A stretch of DNA of 64,000 nucleotides from the IMG/VR virus record IMGVR_UViG_3300046787_000286, positions 124,001 through 188,000 of that record; one strand, given 5' to 3'. This document shows, piece by piece, positions 46,406-54,741 of the stretch. Position 1 is the stretch's first letter. Each line of letters opens with the position of its first letter. The notes below the pieces were generated by a model. That model searched no databases. It had not been told where the DNA came from and was given only the letters and a program-made list of their open reading frames with translations. A program made the position numbers and the translations under genes.

Positions 46406-46513
46406 CGAACTCCTTTTGTTTCTGTATGTGTATATTATAGCAAATTGGGCAATTCTGGTCAACCAAAAAAATACCCTGCCAACTAGCAGGGTTTTGTAAC
46501 ACTTTGGGTTTAA
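46406..46513 (-). repeat. operator-terminator-promoter-RBS cassette, copy 1
   Basis: Near-identical to 49540-49601 and 49829-49917; TTGACC-N17-TATAAT at 46434-46462; ccctgc/gcaggg hairpin. Confidence 0.85.
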
Positions 46514-46881
46514 TCTGTAAACTGCTGATTTTGCAGTTGTTGCCCTAGACTCTTTTGGGTTTTGATGTTGGCGTTGTTGCCTGTGCCCGAGTCCTTGTGA
46601 CTAAAAATACCATACAAATTAAACACAGTTGGATCTCTACCGCTGAGTGTGTAAAACACCGAAAGGTCTTGTGTTAGGTGAGCATGCTTGATACCGGGCA
46701 CAGCTCTACCTAATGGGCCAGCTGATACCATTTGAGTATCACTTTTGCCAAACTGCTGGATTGGATTGTTAGTTTTAGTACCAACAAAATCTGCAAACTT
46801 TGCAGCCAGTCCCGGAACTGCCTGAGTCTTTTCAGCATAAGTTTTTTTAAACAACGGGCTCATCATGAACCGAACACTCAC
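46510..46881 (-). CDS. YafQ/RelE-like mRNA interferase
   Basis: SPLFKKTY, KHAHLTQDLSVFY, LYGIFSH; GTG start overlapping upstream TGA, GGAG RBS. Confidence 0.65.
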   Translation of the reverse strand: MSVRFMMSPLFKKTYAEKTQAVPGLAAKFADFVGTKTNNPIQQFGKSDTQMVSAGPLGRAVPGIKHAHLTQDLSVFYTLSGRDPTVFNLYGIFSHKDSGTGNNANIKTQKSLGQQLQNQQFTD

Positions 46882-47051
46882 TTTAGACTCTCCAGTAATT
46901 GTTCGCCTGTCATGGGCTCGCTCCATTCATTGGCTTGATGGGTGCGAACTACCTTAACTAAATCTTCAGTTAGGTAGCCGGTGTTGTTTTCAGCATCAAT
47001 GCTTTCAAACAATGCTCGATCAGATGGTTGTTGGACTTCGTTAATACGCAT
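46878..47051 (-). CDS. 57-aa acidic protein, putative antitoxin with capsid-targeting-like leader (not in ORF track)
   Basis: MRINEVQQPSDRALFESIDAENNTGYLTEDLVKVVRTHQANEWSEPMTGEQLLESLK; TAAATA 4 nt upstream; GTGA overlap with the toxin gene. Confidence 0.7.
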   Translation of the reverse strand: MRINEVQQPSDRALFESIDAENNTGYLTEDLVKVVRTHQANEWSEPMTGEQLLESLK

Positions 47052-47054
47052 CAG

Positions 47055-47456
47055 TTATTTACTCTTTTTGGCTGCTTTGTTTTCTGCGTCTGAGGACTTT
47101 AGCACACGCATCATTTCTGCTTGCTCAATTTCCTTTTTAACTTTGGCTTGGTATGCACGAACTTTAACTTCGCACTTTTCACGCTTGTTCTTGTCGGACA
47201 CTTTGATCAAGAAGTCGTAGTCACGTGCCCACTTTACACCAGCCAGCCATTGCTGGAGCTCTGTAATAGAACCGTTGAACAACATAGCATCTCGTGCGTA
47301 GGCAGGCAGTTCTTCGTCCTGGGGGAACACAGCTACAGTATCGCCGAATTTGCCGTCGCCCCAGCTGCCATGCTTGTCGTAGCCCCAACGCATGCCCAAG
47401 TCATGCAGTTGCTTTTCCAAGGCTTGGATTTTGAGAATTAGTGCATATCCGCTCAC
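47055..47456 (-). CDS. hypothetical protein
   Basis: coupled ORF. Confidence 0.7.
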   Translation of the reverse strand: MSGYALILKIQALEKQLHDLGMRWGYDKHGSWGDGKFGDTVAVFPQDEELPAYARDAMLFNGSITELQQWLAGVKWARDYDFLIKVSDKNKREKCEVKVRAYQAKVKKEIEQAEMMRVLKSSDAENKAAKKSK

Positions 47457-47680
47457 GACAACAAATCTTTCATAATATTGATCCCCTCTGGTGGCAAGTT
47501 AACCAGGAGATACATCATTTGCGATTCTTCAACAACCACTTCTTCGTCGGGCCCGTTGGGATTAGATGCAATCTTTTCGTTGATAAACTTTGCCTGTACA
47601 CTTTCTTCACCAAAGAAGATGTTGCACAGTTTCAAGTAACTGCCCAGGGTAGAGGGCTGACCGGTGCTGAGAGTAATCAT
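47453..47680 (-). CDS. hypothetical protein
   Basis: coupled ORF. Confidence 0.65.
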   Translation of the reverse strand: MITLSTGQPSTLGSYLKLCNIFFGEESVQAKFINEKIASNPNGPDEEVVVEESQMMYLLVNLPPEGINIMKDLLS

Positions 47681-47988
47681 AATGTTTCCTTGTATTCAGG
47701 GTGAGAGGATTTGGCTTTTTCTGCACGCCAAGATTCTTGTTGTTCTTCATATTCACGAGTGGTACGAGCAATCGTTAGTTCCACCCAGAGCCATGTGCCA
47801 GATGCAACGATAAGCATCACTGCCAGGCTCTGCAAGAAAAAGTGAGCCATAAGGTACACTACTGTGCCTAACACAGCAAGACCTACTACCGTTGCGGTTG
47901 CTACTTTGACTGCCATGATTGCAAAAAATACAATACCGTGCCCAATTTCTTTGAGTGCAAGTTTCAAATCCTGTTTGGTAAATGTCAT
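47677..47988 (-). CDS. membrane protein
   Basis: two to three TM segments. Confidence 0.65.
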   Translation of the reverse strand: MTFTKQDLKLALKEIGHGIVFFAIMAVKVATATVVGLAVLGTVVYLMAHFFLQSLAVMLIVASGTWLWVELTIARTTREYEEQQESWRAEKAKSSHPEYKETL

Positions 47989-48176
47989 TCTGTGTAGTCC
48001 TTTTTCAATGCTGTCCACGTTGCATTGTGCTGTTCTGCGATGTAATGTTGTGCCACTTTGAGCATAAACACAGCATGTTCATAACTTACTGGTATCACAA
48101 CTTTATCGCCGCACTCGATTTCTTTAAGAAGCTCAAGACGTTCCCAATCAGTATGAGGGAGCATTATTTGCCCCAC
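47985..48176 (-). CDS. hypothetical protein
   Basis: coupled ORF. Confidence 0.6.
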   Translation of the reverse strand: MGQIMLPHTDWERLELLKEIECGDKVVIPVSYEHAVFMLKVAQHYIAEQHNATWTALKKDYTE

Positions 48177-48400
48177 AACAGTAAAAAGCGCCAGATTACG
48201 ATTTCATACATGGTCTGACCCTTCATGTTACGCACTTTACCAAAGTGCAAGTAGTCAGTCTTTTCATTTTCACGATCTGTAATATGCGTCCAACAATCGT
48301 TGGCCCAGTTTACTGAAAACAAGTAACCAAACAGGGTAAAGTACTTGGGTTCGTTAGGACATGGATATGTTTTGAAATATTCTCTTGCTCGTTCACTCAT
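48164..48400 (-). CDS. hypothetical protein
   Basis: coupled ORF. Confidence 0.6.
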   Translation of the reverse strand: MSERAREYFKTYPCPNEPKYFTLFGYLFSVNWANDCWTHITDRENEKTDYLHFGKVRNMKGQTMYEIVIWRFLLLWGK

Positions 48401-48630
48401 TCTTCAACTCCGAAATGTTTTAAAATATCAATACCAGCCCAAGAGCGACCTGAATTGTAATCTGAAGTATCACCATCTTCTTTTTGCACGGCGACTCGGA
48501 AACATTCTTTCACAATCAACTCGGCGAACTTTTCCATTAATTCGTGAAGTTGTTTGGCTTCTTCCATCTTAAATGTGTAGCCTATATCTTTATTAGCCTT
48601 ATTAGCAAGGGATAGAATTTGTTCGTTCAT
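48397..48630 (-). CDS. hypothetical phage protein
   Basis: EKFAELIVKEC...ILKHFGVEE. Confidence 0.7.
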   Translation of the reverse strand: MNEQILSLANKANKDIGYTFKMEEAKQLHELMEKFAELIVKECFRVAVQKEDGDTSDYNSGRSWAGIDILKHFGVEE

Positions 48631-48854
48631 TTTTGTTGCAGTAAAAAAGCAGTTAAATCCGGGCCTTCAACTTTTACAAGTTGCGAACCTTCTTGAAGCA
48701 GGGTTTGCCATTTGTGCTCTCCCCAGCGAATACGAGCTTTGCCCGACTCAGTGAATGCGTAGATCTTTGCCAGGCGGAGTCGGCGATAGTGTTGTTCCAT
48801 AAACACCACATGGTCGTCAATTTCTAGCGGGCGGAGCAAATAGTCTTTGGTCAT
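48627..48854 (-). CDS. hypothetical protein
   Basis: coupled ORF. Confidence 0.65.
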   Translation of the reverse strand: MTKDYLLRPLEIDDHVVFMEQHYRRLRLAKIYAFTESGKARIRWGEHKWQTLLQEGSQLVKVEGPDLTAFLLQQK

Positions 48855-49324
48855 TCTGCAGCCACCGACATTTCATTTTGCTCAATCACTTCGTCGGCAA
48901 GTGCTTCTGCCAACAGCACCAACTTGCCACCCAGCTTGTCATCGGAACCGTATGTAGTGCCCACATACCACTCACCGTCTTTCATGATGTAGTAATACTC
49001 GGCACCGCAGTCATCACATAGATTGATGAACTCTTCAAAAGTAGAAGTTGTTTTCCACTCAGTGCCAGTCTCGCCACGATCGCGACCGTAAAAAACACAG
49101 ATGTCTTCTGCTGGCTTTTCAAATGAGTGCTCAACACCTTCTGCAACAAGCACATCAGGACGCAGGCTACTCAAGTCACCTAGTGCCACAAGGAAGTTGG
49201 CTTTGGTGCTGTCGTAGTGCTCTAACAAGAGACGACCGTTAAAGTCCAAATAACCATCCCAGTGACAATAAACACTTTTGCAGTTGCTACCGTGCATAAC
49301 GCCAATACGTGAACGAGTTCCCAT
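48851..49324 (-). CDS. conserved-looking phage early protein
   Basis: MGTRSRIG...YCHWDGY; AAGGAG RBS fixes the start. Confidence 0.75.
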   Translation of the reverse strand: MGTRSRIGVMHGSNCKSVYCHWDGYLDFNGRLLLEHYDSTKANFLVALGDLSSLRPDVLVAEGVEHSFEKPAEDICVFYGRDRGETGTEWKTTSTFEEFINLCDDCGAEYYYIMKDGEWYVGTTYGSDDKLGGKLVLLAEALADEVIEQNEMSVAAE

Positions 49325-49334
49325 GTTTTTCTCC

Positions 49335-49538
49335 TTAAGCAGTAAAGTCGTAAGCAAATTCGTCGCCCACTTTGCTTGGGCTAACTTTGAAGTCGTATTC
49401 TTTGCAGAGCATAGAGAACACTCGGCGAGCTTGTTTTTCTTCCGCCTGGACAAACAATGTACCTTGGAAGAAATATGCTTGTGTGCCAGTTTTAAGAACA
49501 GTTGCAACCTTGTCGAGCACTACTTTTTCAAACGCCAT
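49335..49538 (-). CDS. small early protein
   Basis: MAFEKVVLDK after cassette RBS. Confidence 0.7.
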   Translation of the reverse strand: MAFEKVVLDKVATVLKTGTQAYFFQGTLFVQAEEKQARRVFSMLCKEYDFKVSPSKVGDEFAYDFTA

Positions 49539-49539
49539 T

Positions 49540-49601
49540 TCAAACTCCTTTTGTTTCTTTATGTGTATATTATAGCAAATCGGGCAATTTTGGTCAACCA
49601 A
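49540..49601 (-). repeat. promoter-RBS cassette, copy 2
   Basis: about 60 bp nearly identical to 46406-46467; TTGACC-N17-TATAAT at 49569-49597. Confidence 0.85.
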
Positions 49602-49830
49602 ATGCTTTAACTAATCCTGTGAGTCCAAGTCCCAAGGCCACAAGATTCACTGCCATTTGTGGTTTATTTGCAACACGAACAGTCCATGTCAGGAACAATA
49701 TTGTGCCTACAAAAAATGCAAGAATATTGTAAGGATAGGCTGCAGGTCCCACAGCGTTGAGACTGTGCCCTGCTATGATAAACACAGCACCGGCCCACTG
49801 TAAAATTTCGTTTGTATCTAATTTCTTCAT
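49594..49830 (-). CDS. small multi-TM membrane protein
   Basis: MKKLDTNE, ATG 6 nt after TATAAT. Confidence 0.7.
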   Translation of the reverse strand: MKKLDTNEILQWAGAVFIIAGHSLNAVGPAAYPYNILAFFVGTILFLTWTVRVANKPQMAVNLVALGLGLTGLVKAFG

Positions 49831-49917
49831 GTGTATATTATAGCAAATCGGGCAATTTTGGTCAACCAAAAAAATACCCCGCATTTCTGCAGGGTTAATG
49901 TAACACTTGAGTATTAC
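49829..49917 (-). repeat. operator-terminator-promoter cassette, copy 3
   Basis: promoter 49837-49865, hairpin 49876-49895, palindrome GTAACACT-TG-AGTATTAC at 49900-49917. Confidence 0.85.
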
Positions 49918-50123
49918 TTTTTAAACTCGTGTTCCACGTAGTACTTGACTAGGCTTTGCTGGCACATAGTAATCAAGTCACCGTGGGAGTCCGGCACAAT
50001 GAAACGATATGGGCATCGTCCCCAAGTGCCATGTTTTGTAAATTGCGAATACCAACGTCGATGTTCTTTGTTGGCAGGATCAAATACTGTCCAGGGACGG
50101 GCTTTGAAATGCAATACGCTCAT
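49914..50123 (-). CDS. hypothetical protein
   Basis: AAGGAG RBS, 69 aa. Confidence 0.7.
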   Translation of the reverse strand: MSVLHFKARPWTVFDPANKEHRRWYSQFTKHGTWGRCPYRFIVPDSHGDLITMCQQSLVKYYVEHEFKK

Positions 50124-50131
50124 GCTACTCC

Positions 50132-50692
50132 TTAGTTGATTACAAGATGTTTAAAATATTCAAAATGTTGTTCTAGTGTCCATGTTTCTGGGTCAATGGC
50201 GGTACCGTCATGTGTTTCAAACTTGGCCTCAAACACTTGACTGTATCGACGGAATGGCAACCACATGTCTGGTGTATGACTTGCCCAACCTGCTTCCTTG
50301 AGTTGTGCATGTTTTGCACGGCTCAATTTCACCGTAGGAGCGTTCAGTGCTTGCTCTACAGAGATAACACCGGCCAACAAAAGGTCACGGATACGTGCGG
50401 CAGGAATTAGATGCTCAAAATCTGTTTCTGCGTCTGCACCTTGCTCATGATAGTGAGCGCCCATGCTGTCACGTTGCTTGATGCAGTACTCGTGATATCG
50501 ACGAAGTTTTTCGTCAATGTCGTTGCGAAGCTCTCGCAACAGTTGCTGATCATTGCGCACAGCCTTGTATTCATCAACCAAGCGAGTTAGATGATTGGTA
50601 CAGTGTTGAGACACAGTTTTGTATGTAGCAGTACTGCGTTGAGTCTTGCCGTACACAGGAGCAGTAAATTGTTGGAGAGATTCTTTTAACAT
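50132..50692 (-). CDS. hypothetical protein with EHxxP (His-Me nuclease-like) motif
   Basis: TDFEHLIP...PFRRY. Confidence 0.55.
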   Translation of the reverse strand: MLKESLQQFTAPVYGKTQRSTATYKTVSQHCTNHLTRLVDEYKAVRNDQQLLRELRNDIDEKLRRYHEYCIKQRDSMGAHYHEQGADAETDFEHLIPAARIRDLLLAGVISVEQALNAPTVKLSRAKHAQLKEAGWASHTPDMWLPFRRYSQVFEAKFETHDGTAIDPETWTLEQHFEYFKHLVIN

Positions 50693-51108
50693 TAGATAAC
50701 CTCAAAAAGATTTGGGTCCAGGTCAACAACATTTGAATAACGATTGTGTTGATGCCCACTGTCTACTGTTACACGAGCATGGCATACTCGGCACAAACAT
50801 TCAATGTTACTAGGATCAGTATTCATCTTATTGCCATCAATGTGATTCACGTCAATTTGAGAAGGATGAGTAATTGTAGTAGTGCAAGCAAATCCATGAT
50901 GCGTGTCTCGATTCTCGCAACCACGCTTTAATTTCCAAGCATCAAACTCTGCTTTACGAGCTCCTCGATGGTCAGGGCAAGCCTGCATCCATTTAAAGCC
51001 GGGTCCTCCGTGGTTTAACTTAGAATACTTTTTATGGTAAGATACAAGATTATTGCATCCATCCATGACACATTTTGGTGCCCAGTTCTTTGAAATAGTT
51101 GCCTTCAT
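50692..51108 (-). CDS. HNH endonuclease
   Basis: DVNHIDGNKMNTDPSNIECLCRVCH plus zinc-binding Cys. Confidence 0.85.
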   Translation of the reverse strand: MKATISKNWAPKCVMDGCNNLVSYHKKYSKLNHGGPGFKWMQACPDHRGARKAEFDAWKLKRGCENRDTHHGFACTTTITHPSQIDVNHIDGNKMNTDPSNIECLCRVCHARVTVDSGHQHNRYSNVVDLDPNLFEVI

Positions 51109-51109
51109 G

Positions 51110-52156
51110 TTACGCCTCAGGGAAAAGACCGTCTGCAATATTGCCAGCCTCGACACCCATTTTAGCACCTTCGCCGTGGTAGGGCAAGTTCAATGAGCCA
51201 CCGTTGCGTAAATGCAACTCACGCAAGAAGTTTGCCATTGCGCTGGGCGCTGACCAAGTTGCACCTGGGTTCACGTGTTCCCACTGTACTTTGGCTTTGG
51301 CGTGGATCAAGGCACTTGACTTGAATGTGGGCTTGATGCTTTCCAGCAAAGTCTTCATCCAACCTGCAGGCAGTTTTTCGTTGGGGTTTGTGCTAGAGAT
51401 GCGGTGCAACTCATACAAGCCAATAAAACAACCCTGATCAATTTCTTCTTGCAGTGGGAAAGTGTCTTTGATTGCGCTGAGAATGTTGAACAGCACTGTG
51501 CCGCTTTCGTCTACTTCGATGCCTTTTTGTGCATACTTAAAGTGACTCATAAAGTAGTCATTGTCGCCACGCAGGTTGTCACTAGCACGAGAGCCTTTGT
51601 CTTGTAAGTCAATGCCGCAAGCATCAAATTGATCTTGCATTGTGCGAGCACGAACGTTTTTAATGTCACGGCTACCGTTTTTATAGCGCACCAGAGCATT
51701 ACGATGCAAATCGCCAGGGCCTAAGCGTTTGACGCCGGTGTCGTTGAGCATTTCGAATGCATAACTTGCAAAGTTAGGGTCGTTAGTTTCCACCACAGCA
51801 CAAGGAACTTCCGCAAAGCCCAGGATAGCCGAGGCAATAGTACGATGTTGACCATCATATGTATCCGTTTGCTTTTTACCGTTCAGGCGGCATGCGCTTA
51901 CAGGTGAGCAGATACGTGGATCCCACTTTTTCATGATGTTGATAATATGCTTGTGCAATACATCACGTTGAACTTCGTAGTCAATACTCAGTTCATCAAT
52001 AGGAACCATTGCAGTATTAGGGAAGGCAAACTTGCTGGCTTTGGCTGCTGCTCGCCATGTATCGAGTTCTTTTTGTGTCACACCATAGTGTGCTTTGAGC
52101 TGGGCTTCAACTTCGCGAGCCACATCAATGAGTTTACGAGTAAGGCGTTTTGCCAT
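51110..52156 (-). CDS. ParB-like DGQHR domain protein
   Basis: LSIDYEVQR, YDGQHRTIA. Confidence 0.75.
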   Translation of the reverse strand: MAKRLTRKLIDVAREVEAQLKAHYGVTQKELDTWRAAAKASKFAFPNTAMVPIDELSIDYEVQRDVLHKHIINIMKKWDPRICSPVSACRLNGKKQTDTYDGQHRTIASAILGFAEVPCAVVETNDPNFASYAFEMLNDTGVKRLGPGDLHRNALVRYKNGSRDIKNVRARTMQDQFDACGIDLQDKGSRASDNLRGDNDYFMSHFKYAQKGIEVDESGTVLFNILSAIKDTFPLQEEIDQGCFIGLYELHRISSTNPNEKLPAGWMKTLLESIKPTFKSSALIHAKAKVQWEHVNPGATWSAPSAMANFLRELHLRNGGSLNLPYHGEGAKMGVEAGNIADGLFPEA

Positions 52157-52232
52157 GATAATTTCCTTTTAAATGATGCACAATGCATCGGGTTGTAAGC
52201 TGCCTAGTACCATACTTGGCTTGCTTATGAGT

Positions 52233-52261
52233 ATTATATAGCAAATACCCTATGCTGTCAA
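52233..52261 (-). promoter_or_regulatory. consensus sigma70 promoter
   Basis: TTGACA-N17-TATAAT; palindrome GTAGTACT-AT-CGTATTAC at 52273-52290. Confidence 0.85.
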
Positions 52262-52278
52262 CCTCTAAATGTGTAGTA

Positions 52279-52641
52279 CTATCGTATTACACGTTCAGTA
52301 GTTTCTCTGTGGCTCACATACATGTGGCCAATACGTCGAATTGTGTCTGCGGCATTTTGCGGGTCTGCTTCGAACATATCACGTATGTGATCTTCGCTGA
52401 TACCCGGTGTGGCAGTAATGATGTAGATTTCGTAGTTGCGTTGAGGATTGAAACGTGCTCGCAGTTCCCACATGTTGATGTTAGGCATTGCTGGTGGCTC
52501 AACCCCTTTTAGCAGTGCAAAGGTGGTGTCAGCAGGGTCGGGACATCGTGCCACGGCTTCAAGTCCGTTGCAGTCCCACATGATAGCGAACATGCCATTG
52601 CGGCGATCTTCTGCTTCTTCGTCGTCCCAGTCTTCAATCAT
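52279..52641 (-). CDS. hypothetical protein
   Basis: MIEDWDDEE start, ATGA-coupled. Confidence 0.7.
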   Translation of the reverse strand: MIEDWDDEEAEDRRNGMFAIMWDCNGLEAVARCPDPADTTFALLKGVEPPAMPNINMWELRARFNPQRNYEIYIITATPGISEDHIRDMFEADPQNAADTIRRIGHMYVSHRETTERVIR

Positions 52642-52802
52642 TTTGGAACTCCAACTGCTACACAATGTTGATCTCGCGGTAATGATTTTTCACAATGTTT
52701 AATTGCCTGCCGATACTTTTCAGCATCGGCAAACGGCATGGTGTGTAGTATAGAACAGATAAAGAATCCCAACACAATGCACCACATGTTGTCTTTTGTC
52801 AT
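52638..52802 (-). CDS. 54-aa membrane-anchored peptide (not in ORF track)
   Basis: MTKDNMWCIVLGFFICSILH...CEKSLPRDQHC; fills the gap with ATGA overlaps on both sides. Confidence 0.65.
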   Translation of the reverse strand: MTKDNMWCIVLGFFICSILHTMPFADAEKYRQAIKHCEKSLPRDQHCVAVGVPK

Positions 52803-53023
52803 AACATGAACTTTTTCAATACTAAATTGGCTTCAGTAAGGTCTGAATCTTCAAGTGCATCCAACAATTCTTGTTCCTGGATTATGTTTAGCAGTCGTGC
52901 GGCTTGAATGAGCTCAATTGCATACTTGATGTCGTCGCTGGGAAGGCTCATGGCCCAGGCGTCAAACTCCTGGTCCGAAAGACTCATGATAAAGTTTAGT
53001 TGATCTTGATCATACGGGTTCAT
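52799..53023 (-). CDS. small acidic early protein
   Basis: AAGGAG RBS after promoter. Confidence 0.7.
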   Translation of the reverse strand: MNPYDQDQLNFIMSLSDQEFDAWAMSLPSDDIKYAIELIQAARLLNIIQEQELLDALEDSDLTEANLVLKKFML

Positions 53024-53049
53024 TGCTACACTCCTTAGAACATAGCCAT

Positions 53050-53078
53050 ATTATAGCAAATGATTAATTAATGGTCAA
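53050..53078 (-). promoter_or_regulatory. sigma70-type early promoter
   Basis: TTGACC-N17-TATAAT. Confidence 0.85.
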
Positions 53079-53314
53079 CCGCCCCATTTTAGCAGAAAAG
53101 CACAGTAATCACGCTCGTTGTCGAAGTAAAATAGGTAGCGACCATCTGCGTGATCCGAACTAACTTGTATCAATTGCCAACGCCATTCGCCTTGCATTTC
53201 TGATTCCTTGCACCAGGCGATCACTGAGTCCAGGCCGCCAAATGGTTGATGGATTTCGACTGCATGTTTAAAACTATCTTTTGCTCTTACAACTAGGTTG
53301 TCTAAAACATTCAT
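53075..53314 (-). CDS. small protein of the FxL[KR]W-ending family
   Basis: ends DYCAFLLKWGG. Confidence 0.7.
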   Translation of the reverse strand: MNVLDNLVVRAKDSFKHAVEIHQPFGGLDSVIAWCKESEMQGEWRWQLIQVSSDHADGRYLFYFDNERDYCAFLLKWGG

Positions 53315-54135
53315 AAGTTAGGGGTTAGTTCCATTTCTGGTAGCTGGTTATCTATAACATGATTATACATAACCTTCTCAACTGTGCGTATACGGTCTTG
53401 TTTTGTTTGGGACCCTAATACCACAATAATGTATTGTTGTTGCTTTTGTTCAACTACTAATCCCAAACAAAAACCTGCTCGAGACGTGAATCCAGTTTTG
53501 CTCACAACAATGTTATCAAACTCAAACAGCAACGGAGAATTTGTATTTTTTAAATTTACAGTTCTAACACGTTTTTTAAATTGAGCTTCAACAGCCACTT
53601 GCTTGCGTGTGGTTACTTCTTGAATAATCCAATATCCTGAAGCAGTTTCCATCATGCTAACAACTTCTGTTGCTGTACTTATATTGTTAGCACTGAGGCC
53701 AGTAGGATCTTCGAATCGAGTGTTCTTCATGCCCCATTCACGGGCTTGTTGATTCATTGCTGCAATAAACGCAGATCTCCCGCCTGGGTAATCGTTTGCT
53801 AGTGTTTCAGCCGCAGCATTGTCCGATCTAACCAGCATGGCTTGTAGCAGTTGCCAGCGATTATAAGTTTGTTTGGGCAAATGACTGCCCACACGACCAT
53901 CTAACTTTAACCTGCGTTGTAGATTTTTATCGTAGTCCAACGCAACCATTGCGGTCATAATTTTAGTCACTGATGCAATTGGGCGAACTGCATCTTTGTT
54001 ATGCGAGTATTCAATACGATCTTTTGCCGAATTGTAAACAATTACACTGGGTTCTGCTTTTTGAACTCGAGGTTTTGCTACTGCTGTGCCTGCTACTAAA
54101 ATTAGTGTTATGAAGAAATATTTTATTATGCCCAT
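53311..54135 (-). CDS. peptidase S11 D-Ala-D-Ala endo/carboxypeptidase (PBP7-like)
   Basis: signal peptide, SVTK (SxxK), SDN, KTG. Confidence 0.9.
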   Translation of the reverse strand: MGIIKYFFITLILVAGTAVAKPRVQKAEPSVIVYNSAKDRIEYSHNKDAVRPIASVTKIMTAMVALDYDKNLQRRLKLDGRVGSHLPKQTYNRWQLLQAMLVRSDNAAAETLANDYPGGRSAFIAAMNQQAREWGMKNTRFEDPTGLSANNISTATEVVSMMETASGYWIIQEVTTRKQVAVEAQFKKRVRTVNLKNTNSPLLFEFDNIVVSKTGFTSRAGFCLGLVVEQKQQQYIIVVLGSQTKQDRIRTVEKVMYNHVIDNQLPEMELTPNL

Positions 54136-54353
54136 TTTAACCTGTAAAAACTAGCCATAGCTGGATCTGCAAACTCAAATATAACTTGGCTATCAGATTC
54201 CGGGGTCGAGCTAAAACTATCGCTGTATTTAACGGGCTGAAATCTCCATGTATAATCCTGATCTACTACTAGACCTGTCCGATCCAGATCTATCTTTAAT
54301 GCAATAGCTTCAGCAGCGGATAGTTTAGTAATAGTAAGAGAGTTCAGTGTCAA
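54126..54353 (-). CDS. small protein of the FxL[KR]W-ending family
   Basis: ends MASFYRLKWA; start estimated at a TTG. Confidence 0.55.
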   Translation of the reverse strand: MTLNSLTITKLSAAEAIALKIDLDRTGLVVDQDYTWRFQPVKYSDSFSSTPESDSQVIFEFADPAMASFYRLKWA

Positions 54354-54741
54354 AATCTTGTACCAAATGATCAAACGGTTGATTGAAATATCTATACACA
54401 GAACGAATGTCATCCACATAACACTTGCTAGGGTTGCCTTCGCGAAAGGATGCCATTTCGTAAAAGAAAAACTTTTGCTTGCTTTGGCGCATTTGGCGCT
54501 TGGTGTAGTAAGATGGAAAACCTTCAAACGAATCCAGTGAGCGCTCGCATTCAGGAGTAATATCCCACAGGATTCCCCAAACAGATTCGCCAGGGCTAGG
54601 CTCCACTGTTGCATGAGAGTAGAACTTTAGTTTCCAGCCTTGCAAAACAAACGGGCGTGGATTAGTGGCACCAGGGCAACGGCGTGCCATGCTAGCTTGA
54701 CTCATATTTGCCCCGTAGGCAAAATACAATTTCTTGGTCAT
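54325..54741 (-). CDS. gamma-glutamylcyclotransferase (AIG2-like) fold protein
   Basis: LYFAYGANM, VWGILWDI, LDSFEG. Confidence 0.85.
   Translation of the reverse strand: MTKKLYFAYGANMSQASMARRCPGATNPRPFVLQGWKLKFYSHATVEPSPGESVWGILWDITPECERSLDSFEGFPSYYTKRQMRQSKQKFFFYEMASFREGNPSKCYVDDIRSVYRYFNQPFDHLVQDFDTELSYYY

Noticed and set aside
46314-46502. ORFs containing VDQNCPICYNIH (also the 5' extensions of 49335-49601 and 49594-49884) as a zinc-finger family
   Set aside because: This peptide is simply the translation of the repeated promoter sequence
46406-49917. Repeats as a CRISPR array or att sites
   Set aside because: Irregular spacing, separated by whole genes, and explained as promoter cassettes; no cas or integrase gene seen
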